This document shows, in pieces, positions 16,017 through 26,238 of a stretch of 54,090 nt of DNA (its first letter is position 1; every line of letters starts with the position of its first letter). Source of the DNA: a virus (Duplodnaviria > Caudoviricetes). The notes beneath the pieces are model-generated. The model saw only the letters and a list, made by a program, of their open reading frames with translations, made no database searches and was not told the origin of the DNA. The translations under genes and the position numbers were made by a program. The stretch spans positions 1 through 54,090 of IMG/VR virus record IMGVR_UViG_3300021962_000142, one strand, 5' to 3'.

Positions 16017-17588
16017 TTACTTTGGGCCATACTCTGGATAGTCAATGTCGCCATAAAAGAAATTGTAAAGTCCAGAGATCGGCCCGCTGCGACCTTGCGG
16101 CCCAAATGCCTGCATCGGAGAGAGTCCGTAGTCCTGGACTAAACGCTGCCTCACGGCAGGGTCTGTCACGCCGATGGATTGCAGGGTGGCGTCCATGCGA
16201 ATGGCATCTGACGGATAGAAGCCAGTCCAAGAATCGTCGGAGTCCAAGGCGATCTTTGCCAATGTGGCTTCGGCGGCGGGCGTAGAAAAATTACCGTCAA
16301 GCAAATCTTCGACGCCTGGGCCGTAACGCGCCGCCAGCCGCTGACGCTCAAGTAATTGTTGCTGCTCGTCACGCTGCTCCTGCTTCATCTGCTCGCCGCG
16401 TTCTAAAGCAGCCGCTTCATTCGATACCCTTTGCCGCTCAGTGTCGGCGCGCTGCTGGGCAATTGCACCCTCCTGCCTGGCGCGTTCTGCTTCTAGGCGA
16501 AGTTTTTCTAGACCCTCTGCCGCCGCGGCCTGCTGTGCAATTCCTTGCTGCTGAAGTTGCGCCCATCCCAACTGTCGCTTGTCTTGGTCTGCCGTAAAGT
16601 CAGCCGGCGTTTGTCCAGAGCTGCCAACCATGGCGCGCGCCATCACCATCCGCTGCCAATCGTTCAGGTCGTCACGCCCCAAGTATTCCATTGGGTTGTT
16701 GCGGAGCTGCGCGCGGCGAGTGATGATGTCTCTCGCCTCTGCCTTCTGCTTGGCGCGGCGGTCAACGCCGCCACTGTTGGCCATGAGGTCACGGGTGGCC
16801 GCGTCCATTACGTGGCCAATGCCACGCGGTGTGAGCAGGCCGTCAGGTCCGACCAAGGCGTCGGCGCCATGGCCAAGGCCCGGCACTGGCGCGCCGACTG
16901 ACGCGCCACCTCCGGCACCGGCCATATCGCTATCGGATGGGCTGACCTCACCCAATGCTTTTTCGTAGGCCTCGTATGCCACGTTGTAGGGCACACCCAA
17001 CTGGTCGGCGAGACGCTCCACGCGCTGGCGGGTGGCTGCGCCCGTGGACGCCTGCCTGCGAGCGCCTGCGCGGGACTGCACGCGGTTAGCCAGTTGCTCC
17101 GGCGTTGGGCTGTCGCTCATGTAGCCGAACTGCTGTTCTTGGCGGGCGTTGCTCTCTTCCTGCAATCGCACTCGCTCGGCCTCACGCGCCGCTGCCTGCG
17201 CTGCATTAATGTCACCGAGACGGTAGTACTGCTTCCCAGCAGCGTTTTCGTAGACAGGGACTTCAACGCCGTCGATCGTCTGGGTTCGCCCGGGCAGCCG
17301 CCCGAAGCCAACGCCGGTCTTCAGTGGAATCCCGCTGTCAAATTCAGGGGCACCACCAGCCATCGGCTCGGGCGTGATTGGCGTGGCTGCTGCGTCTAGC
17401 GGGTCAGGGATGTCGCCAACTCTCGGCAGCGATACGGCTGGCGTCGCACTGGTCGCATACGGATCGGTGCCTATGCCGCGCTGCCACAGCACCGCCCGCG
17501 CGTAGCGACGCGCGCCAGGGTCGGCGGGAATAGTGCCGTTCGCAATGGCAGTGAGTCGCTCAGTCGAAACGTCGTCAAACTCGTTCAT
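16017..17588 (-). CDS. Putative internal virion protein (523 aa)
   Basis: Coiled-coil Q/E/A-rich; position in the ejection block. Confidence 0.6.
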   Translation of the reverse strand: MNEFDDVSTERLTAIANGTIPADPGARRYARAVLWQRGIGTDPYATSATPAVSLPRVGDIPDPLDAAATPITPEPMAGGAPEFDSGIPLKTGVGFGRLPGRTQTIDGVEVPVYENAAGKQYYRLGDINAAQAAAREAERVRLQEESNARQEQQFGYMSDSPTPEQLANRVQSRAGARRQASTGAATRQRVERLADQLGVPYNVAYEAYEKALGEVSPSDSDMAGAGGGASVGAPVPGLGHGADALVGPDGLLTPRGIGHVMDAATRDLMANSGGVDRRAKQKAEARDIITRRAQLRNNPMEYLGRDDLNDWQRMVMARAMVGSSGQTPADFTADQDKRQLGWAQLQQQGIAQQAAAAEGLEKLRLEAERARQEGAIAQQRADTERQRVSNEAAALERGEQMKQEQRDEQQQLLERQRLAARYGPGVEDLLDGNFSTPAAEATLAKIALDSDDSWTGFYPSDAIRMDATLQSIGVTDPAVRQRLVQDYGLSPMQAFGPQGRSGPISGLYNFFYGDIDYPEYGPK

Positions 17589-18838
17589 CCAACCCTCCGG
17601 CCAGCGGTCCTGTTGTTCACCATCTGGTCGCCCAAGGCGTTGAGCCGCGCAATCTCTCGCATCATTGCCTGGGCCTGCGGCACCTCGCCGCCGGCGCGTC
17701 GGCGCATGTCGTTCAGCTCCTGCGTCAGTCGCAGAGCTTGGTTATGCGGGTCGGTGCGTGGCTGCGGATCGAAGCCCGGAGCGTTACGCTGCCGATTGCT
17801 TTCTGCCAGCAGGCGATTGATCTCAGCCATCATGGCCTTCGCCTGTGGCACTTCTCCACCAGCAGCGCGTCGCATGTCGTTGAGCTGCTTAATCATTGCG
17901 TGGGCGCGCTCACGCGGCCCCATTACTGGCGCGGCGGTCTCACGCGCATCCCTCACGGGCGCGGCTGGCTCACTGATTGGCGGTTCCTCCTCAGTGGCGA
18001 CGGCCGGTGGAGGAGATGTCTCGGCCTTCAGGTCAGCCGTGCCGGCAGTGCTGGTCAGCGCAGGCTCGTCATCATCACGCTGCGTGGCGACATACAGACC
18101 GCCACCAGCAGCCGCCGCTGCGGCGGCTGGCTTCCAATTGAAACCCCGGCGCGGAGGCTCGGCATCAATGACGCGGATGCGAGGAAGGCCGCTGTCCACC
18201 TCCCCCTCCAGCCGACGCGGAGGGTCCTGCCACACGCGGTAACGCGGACGCGGGCCGGGCAATCCGGGGAGATCAACGTCGGTAGACAGTGCGCGGTCAA
18301 ACTGCTCCGCAATTGCACCTTGCGCTGGCGTCATGGCACGCTGCGATGGCACCATGCCTCCGGGTGCTGGAAGGCCGCGCAGCGGAGCAGGGATCATGTC
18401 AGTGGTCGGCCCGCCGTATGGAGAGCCGACAGGCACACCAGAACCGCTGCGAGTCGCCGGGATCAGCGCGCGGATTTCGTCCTCGGGGCTGCGCATGGGC
18501 AGCTCTAGCTGGCGTGCGGACTCGGTCGGCGCATCCAGCTTGGCCGCCATCTCGCCGACCGGGATGTACTCTTCGTCGCCGGCCCGCCATGCCTCCACTT
18601 GGCGAGCAGACTCAGGGTCCACCTTGCGCAGCGATCGCATGCCCTTGGGGCTCGTCACGCGGTCGCCCTGAGAGACAATCCAGCGGTACGCCTCCAGCAT
18701 GGCCTCTTGGTCGCCGGCCTCAATGCCACGCACCAAGTCAGGCCGCGCGCGTGAGAGCGCGGGCATGTTCTTGCCAAGTTGTTCCGTGAACTGGAGGCTG
18801 CCCAAGAAACGGGAAACGCCCTCGGATTTACCGGCCAT
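17585..18838 (-). CDS. Putative virion protein (417 aa) with tandem C-terminal repeat
   Basis: LNDMRRAAGGEVPQAKAMM / LNDMRRRAGGEVPQAQAMM. Confidence 0.65.
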   Translation of the reverse strand: MAGKSEGVSRFLGSLQFTEQLGKNMPALSRARPDLVRGIEAGDQEAMLEAYRWIVSQGDRVTSPKGMRSLRKVDPESARQVEAWRAGDEEYIPVGEMAAKLDAPTESARQLELPMRSPEDEIRALIPATRSGSGVPVGSPYGGPTTDMIPAPLRGLPAPGGMVPSQRAMTPAQGAIAEQFDRALSTDVDLPGLPGPRPRYRVWQDPPRRLEGEVDSGLPRIRVIDAEPPRRGFNWKPAAAAAAAGGGLYVATQRDDDEPALTSTAGTADLKAETSPPPAVATEEEPPISEPAAPVRDARETAAPVMGPRERAHAMIKQLNDMRRAAGGEVPQAKAMMAEINRLLAESNRQRNAPGFDPQPRTDPHNQALRLTQELNDMRRRAGGEVPQAQAMMREIARLNALGDQMVNNRTAGRRVG

Positions 18839-19086
18839 TACTTCTTTCCTTTCGGCTTGGGAACCTCTGGCAGCTCTTCGTCGTCGTCCGGCATGTCGTC
18901 GTCTTCGACTTGCGGCGTATTGGGCTTGCCGTGCATCTCCTCGTCCAAATCCGCCAAGTCGTTCTTGCTGCCAATCTTGGACAAGAGCTTGCGTTCCTCG
19001 GACTCATTGGCAGACAGCAACTGCTGCACAAGGCGCTTCAGCGCGGCGTTGGTGAGGTCGTCCAGACCAAGGTCTATGCGGCTCAT
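18838..19086 (-). CDS. Small acidic protein
   Basis: TAATG-coupled at both ends. Confidence 0.65.
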   Translation of the reverse strand: MSRIDLGLDDLTNAALKRLVQQLLSANESEERKLLSKIGSKNDLADLDEEMHGKPNTPQVEDDDMPDDDEELPEVPKPKGKK

Positions 19087-19499
19087 TAGCTCAATAACCC
19101 TCCAAGAAGACTGCCTGCAAAGTTCATCACGGCCTGCTGCCGCTGGAGCTGTGCCATTTGCTGTGCGTAGGAATCCTGCTGCTGGAGTCCGGCCAACGCT
19201 TGGGCGTTGCGCTCCTGTGCCTGCTGGCCTTGCAGGAGAAGGTTGGCGTTGTAGGACTGGTCGTCCATCGCCCCTTGGTAAGCAGCGGCCATGCCATCTG
19301 CCATGGCCTGTGCGGCGTTGATGCCTGCTTGGTTCCGCTGTGCCGCACCGCGGCTGAAGCCGGCGCGGTCCAACTGCTTCACTTGGAACCGTGGGTCACC
19401 CATGGATAAGGCTTGGGCAAGCTGACTATTGAAAGCGCCGCCCATTTGGCGGTCGCTGTAGCCGGCGGGGAATTGGCGCCCAAGGGTGACTTGGTTCAT
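19086..19499 (-). CDS. Q/A-rich putative ejection/pilot protein
   Basis: Ends GSLLGGLLS; coupled operon. Confidence 0.65.
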   Translation of the reverse strand: MNQVTLGRQFPAGYSDRQMGGAFNSQLAQALSMGDPRFQVKQLDRAGFSRGAAQRNQAGINAAQAMADGMAAAYQGAMDDQSYNANLLLQGQQAQERNAQALAGLQQQDSYAQQMAQLQRQQAVMNFAGSLLGGLLS

Positions 19500-19837
19500 C
19501 GCAGCAGCCCCCCAAGGATGTCACCCTGGAGACCCAGCATGGCTTGCAGTCGGCTGTTCTGGAGGCCGGTCTGGTTCTGTCGGTCTTGGCTGAGCTGCTG
19601 GAGCCCAGCCAAGGCGGTCTGCATTTCTGCTTGCTGCTGCTGGGTGGCGTAGCTGTCCTGCATCTGCTGGGCGTAGCGGCTCATGTCCACGCCCCGCCGC
19701 GCCATCAGGCCCTGCATCACATCTTGGTGGTTTGGTCCATACTGCTGGTAGGGCGACTGCATGCCCTGCATCTGCTGGAGGAGCCCAGCGGTCTGCGGTG
19801 GTCGGTTTTGAATGCCTGTCTGGTACTGAGCGTTCAT
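19496..19837 (-). CDS. Q-rich putative ejection/pilot protein
   Basis: Ends DILGGLLR, similar to its neighbour; ATGA coupling. Confidence 0.65.
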   Translation of the reverse strand: MNAQYQTGIQNRPPQTAGLLQQMQGMQSPYQQYGPNHQDVMQGLMARRGVDMSRYAQQMQDSYATQQQQAEMQTALAGLQQLSQDRQNQTGLQNSRLQAMLGLQGDILGGLLR

Positions 19838-21135
19838 CCGCGCCTCATCATGGGGATGCGTCGCTCCGCTGCTCGCACGGCCGGCAGGCGGCTGTAGTAC
19901 GCAGCGGCATATGGCGAGCTGGCCATGTCACTGGAGGCCCAGCCACCTCGCAGGGACTGGAGCTGACGGTTCTGCTGCGCCGCCTCAATGGCGGTCGGCT
20001 CCATGCGCCGCATCAGTTGCATCACTCCATCCATGCCTGTGCGGTTGGCGTTGTCCATGCCGCTGCCGATCTGCCCGGCCAGTCCGGCAAGCGCGCCAAG
20101 GCCGCTGCCGTAGTCGCCGCTCATGCGGTCGCCAACGTCACGGATGTCCCGGCCGGACTCACGGAACCCCTGCGTCGCTCGGTCCAGATAACTGCCAAAA
20201 TTGGGGCGGTTCTGTGACACGTTGCCGTAGAAGTCCGTCATGCCCTGACGCATGTTGCCTGCCCCCTCACGGCCCATCGCCAGCATGCCAAGCAGCCCCT
20301 GGCCAAACATGTTGCTGTAGTCTTGGCGATACAGGTCCTGCTGCCGATCCATCCGATCACGGGCGTCCGTGTCCGCGGATGCGAGCTGCGACAGGATGCC
20401 GCCGTCCATAATGTCGTTGCGGTAGCCGCTGAGATCGGTGCCGCCACCTCCAATGCCACCGCCCCCGTCGCCGCCCATGCTGTAGCTGCCGCTCGCCACT
20501 GGGCCGCTTGGGCTAGTGGCGCTGAACGTATTCCCACCGCCACCACCGCCGCCGAAATCGAACTGCATATTGCCCACGGCATCCGCAGCACCCAGGCGAG
20601 CCAACGCATTCAGGCGCTGCTGGCCGTACTGACTGACGGCGCTCTGGTTGCTGCCCTGCATGCCGGCGAGGGCCTGCTGATATCCCGCCTGGCCTTGGCC
20701 CATGGATGCGGCCAGTGCGTTGCCCATGCCGCCGGCCGACGCCAGTGCTTGGGTCCACATGTTTGCCAGGCCGGTCTGGTTACTCCCTGCCGCAGCGGCG
20801 AGCGAGTTGTAGTAACCAGTGCTATCGTTCGCCGCCGCAGAGGCGAGATTGCCAAGCGTGTTGCCGTAGGCGCCATAGTTCTGAGCCATGGCCCCGCCCA
20901 GCCCGGCCAAAGCCTGCGACTGCTGGCCTGTCATGCCGCCGATGGCCTGACCAATGCCAGCCAGACCGCCGGCCATGGAGCCGTAATTCTGGGAGGTGGA
21001 TTGAAGCATCTGCCCCGGGAGCTGGTACAGCGCGCCGCGTGGGTCCGGGAACTGCTGCTGCTGCGGGGCAAAATGCGTGACCTGCCCGCCCGGGAAGGCA
21101 TTGGTAATCCCGCCTTGGTGAATCGCTGCTGGCAT
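19834..21135 (-). CDS. G/A/Q/M-rich putative DNA pilot/ejection protein
   Basis: RBS AGGAG; low-complexity Gly/Ala/Gln composition. Confidence 0.65.
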   Translation of the reverse strand: MPAAIHQGGITNAFPGGQVTHFAPQQQQFPDPRGALYQLPGQMLQSTSQNYGSMAGGLAGIGQAIGGMTGQQSQALAGLGGAMAQNYGAYGNTLGNLASAAANDSTGYYNSLAAAAGSNQTGLANMWTQALASAGGMGNALAASMGQGQAGYQQALAGMQGSNQSAVSQYGQQRLNALARLGAADAVGNMQFDFGGGGGGGNTFSATSPSGPVASGSYSMGGDGGGGIGGGGTDLSGYRNDIMDGGILSQLASADTDARDRMDRQQDLYRQDYSNMFGQGLLGMLAMGREGAGNMRQGMTDFYGNVSQNRPNFGSYLDRATQGFRESGRDIRDVGDRMSGDYGSGLGALAGLAGQIGSGMDNANRTGMDGVMQLMRRMEPTAIEAAQQNRQLQSLRGGWASSDMASSPYAAAYYSRLPAVRAAERRIPMMRRG

Positions 21136-21150
21136 GGGTGTCTCCTACCT

Positions 21151-21160
21151 ACTAATGTCC
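21151..21160 (-). promoter_or_regulatory. Putative late-promoter motif GGACATTAGT (one of six similar sites)
   Basis: Related motifs at 16041, 29017, 33664, 37592 and 46651, each shortly upstream of a start codon. Confidence 0.5.
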
Positions 21161-21171
21161 GGTTGCGTGGC

Positions 21172-21930
21172 TCAGGGCGTCAGGACGGTGGCGGTGCCCG
21201 TGATTCCCTCAACAAATTGCACGTAGTCGGCAAAGCCAAAAGTCGGCACAAACGACGCCGATATTGACCCGTCGTCGGCGCAGGACACGTTGATGGTCCC
21301 GCCATTCATGTAGCGGAGCAGGCCATAGCCAACGTTCAGACCTTTGACGAATTTAATCTCCTTCGACCGCTGGTTTCCCGGGTCGCCAATCACCACAACC
21401 GTGGTGACCCCCGGAGGGCCAGCCGGCCCATCCAAGCCGTCCCGGCCGTCAGCGCCGTCCTGGCCGGGAGGTCCAGCCGGGCCGACGATGCTCAGCCCAT
21501 CACGCCCGTCACGGCCGTCCCGGCCGGGATCGCCAGTGTCGCCCTTCTCGCCAGGGTCACCCTGCTGACCGGGAGGGTTGTTAATCAGATTGATGATCGT
21601 CTGATTGCCTTCGTTGAAGACATTCGTTGTGTTGATGTCACCAAGGCGGATGGTGCTGAAGTCACGGTTGTCGTTGTAGGAGAAGTCGTTGAAGACGTTC
21701 TCATCGCCGTAGTTGATGACGTTGTTGTACTCGTTCCAACTCCAATAGTCGCCGTTGTACATGCCGCCGCCGGCTCCGAACTGCGGCATGGTGGGCGCCA
21801 GATTCACTGGGCCGCGGTGCTGGAGCGGCTGATTGCAGTTGCCGAGAACCTGCATGAGCGAGCGCAGGTCGTTCTGGTTCAGGGTGTTTCCCAGCGAACG
21901 CGCTAACGCCGGCATGAGCTGTGTGAGCAT
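21172..21930 (-). CDS. Collagen-like (Gly-X-Y) virion protein
   Basis: GQQGDPGEKGDTGDPGRDGRDG...GPAGPPG. Confidence 0.8.
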   Translation of the reverse strand: MLTQLMPALARSLGNTLNQNDLRSLMQVLGNCNQPLQHRGPVNLAPTMPQFGAGGGMYNGDYWSWNEYNNVINYGDENVFNDFSYNDNRDFSTIRLGDINTTNVFNEGNQTIINLINNPPGQQGDPGEKGDTGDPGRDGRDGRDGLSIVGPAGPPGQDGADGRDGLDGPAGPPGVTTVVVIGDPGNQRSKEIKFVKGLNVGYGLLRYMNGGTINVSCADDGSISASFVPTFGFADYVQFVEGITGTATVLTP

Positions 21931-24830
21931 TAGCCTGAGCCCTCCACTTGGAGCGAGTAGATGACCACGCCGTCGTTGGCGGCCGTTGAACTCTGAGTGC
22001 CCGCCAAGGCAACCGCCATGTGCCGATCGCCACCAGCGGAGCGGTCGTCTCGCCGGCCTGCGACATAGGCCCTGGCAAACCCGTTGGCCTCGCCCAACGC
22101 AGAGCGTGTCTGCGACATGTCCAGCACAGCCGCCGTTCCGCCCTGCGACGAAACAAAGCCAGACCCGCGGTCGGTGCTTATGGCGTTCTCACGCGGGGAC
22201 GCCGAGTTGTTGTAGTGCAAGGAAAGGTTTAAGTCGTTGCGGCTCGGCGTCGGCTTGTACACAACGCCCACCGACCTGCTGGGCCCGGCATCCAGCGGCA
22301 TTGGCCCGGATCGGTACTGGTAGTCGATGCTCGTCCCGCTATCGCTCAGGCCGCTCTCTTTGAGCAGTGTTCCTCCGGCCGTGGCGTTGACCTGCACCCA
22401 GCGGTTGCCGATGAGCGACACGGAAGATGCCGTGCGGCCGATTGGGTAAGTCTCTTCCCACCACGCCTTGGTAGCCACGCAATAACACAGAGCGCGGACA
22501 GGCTGCGAATCGGCAGACCGGCAGTAATGGAACCGCACAACCTTCGCCAAGAAATCGGCCGATACGTGAAACTTGTCTGCCTTGGTGAAGTCGATAATCC
22601 CTTCACGCCAGTAGTCATCGACCGGCGCGGAGATCGCCTCCTCGCTTTGCCCATCAAATGCGTACATGCCGTTGCTGTCGGCCAAGAACGCAACGCCGGA
22701 CATGACCGCCCAGCAACGCTCATGCAGTGCCCCGCGGTATGACACCAGTGTGATGCTGGCGTCGATGATCGGCTGGGCCACATACATGAGCTTGTAGATG
22801 TGGCTCCGCTGCACCACCAGCAGGGCCGGGCCAAGTGGGACGAGCGCCACCACCTTGTCCGGCGTGGCGCTGTTCTCCTGCACCAGCAGCTCGTTCTCCT
22901 CTGGCACGCTCTCCGGCTCATCGATCTCTGAGTAAACGAGCGCGTTTGGCCGCAGGCCCAGCGTGTCTACCGCGTACCAAGCGCGGTCCTGGAACATCAC
23001 GCCAACGGCGAACTCGCCAGGCGGCACGGTGAAGCGACGGGCGTTAACCTGGCCGCTCGGCAGCGTGACAGGCATCAGCCCGTAACCGTCCCTGGTGGTG
23101 TCGTTAATGTCGATGTCGTTGATTGACTCGGTGTAGGAGCTGTCCCACGCCGCGTCTGTTCGTTTGAGAATCCCCACGCGGAAGAGCAGCGTGCGTTGCT
23201 CAGCCGTGGACCGCCACAACTCCATGCCGGTCACGCGGTCATCGATGGAGTAGTGATCGAAGCTCCAAGTGAGCGACGCGGCACCGTCGCCGCAGTCCAC
23301 CTCCACCAGCTCGGAAATGGAGCTGTAGACGGGCCCGTTCTCCTCGGTTGGCGTGTCGTCAAAGTAGCGGATGGCACAGTAGTACAGCCCGCGTAGCGGA
23401 TCACGGATCGTCGCCTGCGCCCTGGCCCCGGAGTCCACAACAAGGGCAGTGGGAATTTCGGAATACCGCCCGCCGGAGATCACCGTAGCGGACGAGATAT
23501 TGCCGCTTCCGTTGACCGATGCGTTAGCTGTGGCGTCGCCGGACTCCGTGTCCGTAGCGGCCCGCTGTACGGTGACGATTGGTGGCGTGTAGTACCCGCT
23601 GCCACTGTTGCCGACCGTGAGCGCCGACACGGCGTACCGCATCTGCACGCCCAGAGCAGCCCCAGTGCCCCCACCGCCTGTCACGGATGCGGTGACGCCC
23701 GTGGCCGTAGCGCCCGTCCCGCCAGACAGGACCGACACACCGTCGATCTGGCCACGCTCGTTGACCGTCAGGCGGGCCGTCGCAAGTGTGAGGCCGTTTG
23801 TGTTGTGAAACACAACCGTAGGCGAAGTGGTGGCATTGCTGGTGTAGCCCGCTCCGCCAGCAGTCACCTGGAGGCTTGCCAGCTCGCCAACCACGCCCAC
23901 GTTAAACGTGGCGCCAGTGCCCACACCACCAGTGATCTCCACCGTGGGCGTGTCTTGGTAGCCAGCGCCTTGGTCGGTGACAAATATTCGATCGACTCGC
24001 CCACTCCGCACCACCGCGCGCGCCTTGGCGCTCTTGGAGGGCGTGCCGCCAGTGATGGTGACGGTCGGCAGCCCGGCGTAGCCGGCACCACCGCGGACGA
24101 TCTGGATGGCGGATACGTACTTCCCACCGCTGGTGGTGGCCGCAGTGATGACCGGCCCCATGGCAGGCTTATTTAATCCGATCGGCACGGCGTCTTTCTT
24201 TGCGCCGTACTCCGTTTGCAGCGTGTCGCCGGCCTCGGTCTGTAGCTCTGAGCCGTCTTCGGCCAACAACTCCGACTCGCCCGTGGCAATGGGAGGGCGT
24301 CCGACATAGCGGATGCCACGCCCCATGCCGTCCACGGCATACAGGTCATTGAAACGCCCGCGGAAGAACGACGCCGGCCGCATCGGACCTGTGTACGCAT
24401 AGGCCGTGGCGGCGGCGCCAGACCCAGTCTCCAATAGCGTGCCAGCCCCAGTGGTCACAGCGGTGGTGGAAGCCACCAACTGCGTTGTGCTGACAAAGTT
24501 CTGCACATCGACCGTCACGCCGCCGACCGAAAGCAGGGGCCATGTAGTTGCGCTCAGGGCCGCGCTCAGGGTGACGGTGGCAGATTGTGTTCCCGCCGTC
24601 ACGGACGAGATTGTTACTGCTTGCGACGGAACCTGGAATGACACGGTTGGGTTGGATGTGAACCCAGTGCCGGCATTCGTAATGACCACCGACTGCACCC
24701 GGTTGCCGTCTAGGTGGGCCACGGCGCTGGCCCCGGCAATCACAACCGTGGGAGGCGAGGTGTACTGCGTGCCGCCCGTAGTCACGGTGACGCGCACCAG
24801 CCCACCAGATGTCCGTGCGGCAATTTGCAT
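21930..24830 (-). CDS. Tail nozzle/stabilisation-like protein with GGxGY beta-repeat insertions
   Basis: Repeats VTxGGxGYxxxPTVT; C-terminal FQDRAWY...LVYSEIDEPES propeller-like region. Confidence 0.6.
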   Translation of the reverse strand: MQIAARTSGGLVRVTVTTGGTQYTSPPTVVIAGASAVAHLDGNRVQSVVITNAGTGFTSNPTVSFQVPSQAVTISSVTAGTQSATVTLSAALSATTWPLLSVGGVTVDVQNFVSTTQLVASTTAVTTGAGTLLETGSGAAATAYAYTGPMRPASFFRGRFNDLYAVDGMGRGIRYVGRPPIATGESELLAEDGSELQTEAGDTLQTEYGAKKDAVPIGLNKPAMGPVITAATTSGGKYVSAIQIVRGGAGYAGLPTVTITGGTPSKSAKARAVVRSGRVDRIFVTDQGAGYQDTPTVEITGGVGTGATFNVGVVGELASLQVTAGGAGYTSNATTSPTVVFHNTNGLTLATARLTVNERGQIDGVSVLSGGTGATATGVTASVTGGGGTGAALGVQMRYAVSALTVGNSGSGYYTPPIVTVQRAATDTESGDATANASVNGSGNISSATVISGGRYSEIPTALVVDSGARAQATIRDPLRGLYYCAIRYFDDTPTEENGPVYSSISELVEVDCGDGAASLTWSFDHYSIDDRVTGMELWRSTAEQRTLLFRVGILKRTDAAWDSSYTESINDIDINDTTRDGYGLMPVTLPSGQVNARRFTVPPGEFAVGVMFQDRAWYAVDTLGLRPNALVYSEIDEPESVPEENELLVQENSATPDKVVALVPLGPALLVVQRSHIYKLMYVAQPIIDASITLVSYRGALHERCWAVMSGVAFLADSNGMYAFDGQSEEAISAPVDDYWREGIIDFTKADKFHVSADFLAKVVRFHYCRSADSQPVRALCYCVATKAWWEETYPIGRTASSVSLIGNRWVQVNATAGGTLLKESGLSDSGTSIDYQYRSGPMPLDAGPSRSVGVVYKPTPSRNDLNLSLHYNNSASPRENAISTDRGSGFVSSQGGTAAVLDMSQTRSALGEANGFARAYVAGRRDDRSAGGDRHMAVALAGTQSSTAANDGVVIYSLQVEGSG

Positions 24831-25096
24831 CAGCCTGGCCCCTCAGCGATGCGAATCACGCCATCAGTAGATTGGTACACAATCGACTCAGACGGGCCCG
24901 GGTAGCGAAACGAACGCCAGATACCGACCGTGGAGCCGGCGTGCGAGGTGAACGTCAGCGCTGTGGTGCCTGGACGCACCGTCAGCTCGCCGGGGCTGAG
25001 GACCTGGAGATTGACTTGCGTGACCGCCGTGCCCGGCTGGAGGCCATACGGCGAGGCGTTTGTGACCAGGCCCAGCCACCTGTCAACGATGATCAC
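24830..25096 (-). CDS. Small protein resembling the N-terminus of tail nozzle proteins
   Basis: WLGLVTNASPYGLQPG..V...NL....GELTVRPG; TGATG-coupled to the 966-aa gene. Confidence 0.6.
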   Translation of the reverse strand: MIIVDRWLGLVTNASPYGLQPGTAVTQVNLQVLSPGELTVRPGTTALTFTSHAGSTVGIWRSFRYPGPSESIVYQSTDGVIRIAEGPG

Positions 25097-26238
25097 GGCG
25101 AACCTCCATCCACTCCGTCCGGCTGAAGCGGCGTGCGCCAGCCGGAGATGTCCCAGATGAGGCGTCGGTGGCCGGCGATAGGCGAGAGCGAATCGTTCTC
25201 CATGGCCAGCCGGAGGTCACGCTGGTACAGGCCAAACGCTTGGTCTGGTTTGGTGCCGCGGATTCGGGAAAGCCAATACTCGCAGGCGCTGTGCAGGCAA
25301 TTGGTCATTCCCGGCGACAGGTCAACCGGGTCCGTGACCACGTACTTGGCAGAGGACGCTGTGATCGCAGAGTCCACCGTCAGGCTAGTGGCATTGGTGA
25401 CGGCGGTAATCTTCGCCTCGGCCTGCCATGGGTTCATCGCCCCCAGCGGCTCCGGGTGAGCGGAGGATGTTCCTACCCGCAGGATGCTGCCCACCATGGC
25501 TGACGAGAACGATGTGCCGGACCCGGTGACCGTAGTGCCGGAGGCCGTTATGGTTCCGGCCCGCGCCGCCGACTCATGGCCGCTAAACCGAAGCGTGCGC
25601 GGAGAGCGTCGGTACGTGAAATCAATCGTTTCGATGCGTGCCGGATAGCCGATGACGCGGATGGCCCAGCCGTTCGACTTCTCGTCCCGCATTACCGTCC
25701 AGTACGCCTGCGGGCCTTGGACATCGAACACTCGCTCCATCTTCATCGCAACGTCTTGCGGGAGGTAGTTGAAAGCGCTCCAGCTCGCTTCATCGATGGG
25801 CGTGTCCAGATTCCGGAAATCGGACGGCAGCGGGTAGATGGTGCGATAAAGCGAGGCCGTGGTAGCCTCCGCAAAGTCCTCGGGGTAATTGAGGACCGGG
25901 TCCAAGACCAGCACTGTTGAGCTGTTGCGTGTTTTGACGCGGGAGACAACAGTGCCAATACGCATGAAAAAGTACTCGGCGTCTGCCGGGAAGGCGTCGC
26001 CCGTGACCTTGGTGACGGTGCGAGTACTAGCCACGTAGGTGACCGTGCCGGACCAACTGGGCTGAACGACGATGCGCCCTAGTTGATGCAGCCATTCCCA
26101 GTCTCTAATCCAGCCCAGCTCTTGGTACGCACGCTGTACGGCCGTGCGGATGTCCCGCTGCTCAGCGTCCTGAGCGCCGCCGTATGAGCTGACTATGAGT
26201 GATTCGACGAGATCGAAATATGTCTGGTACGGCATCAC
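25093..26238 (-). CDS. Head-tail adaptor (tail tubular A-like) with inserted beta domains
   Basis: YQTYFDLV...AVQRAYQEL...WEWL...YPLPSDF. Confidence 0.6.
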   Translation of the reverse strand: MMPYQTYFDLVESLIVSSYGGAQDAEQRDIRTAVQRAYQELGWIRDWEWLHQLGRIVVQPSWSGTVTYVASTRTVTKVTGDAFPADAEYFFMRIGTVVSRVKTRNSSTVLVLDPVLNYPEDFAEATTASLYRTIYPLPSDFRNLDTPIDEASWSAFNYLPQDVAMKMERVFDVQGPQAYWTVMRDEKSNGWAIRVIGYPARIETIDFTYRRSPRTLRFSGHESAARAGTITASGTTVTGSGTSFSSAMVGSILRVGTSSAHPEPLGAMNPWQAEAKITAVTNATSLTVDSAITASSAKYVVTDPVDLSPGMTNCLHSACEYWLSRIRGTKPDQAFGLYQRDLRLAMENDSLSPIAGHRRLIWDISGWRTPLQPDGVDGGSP

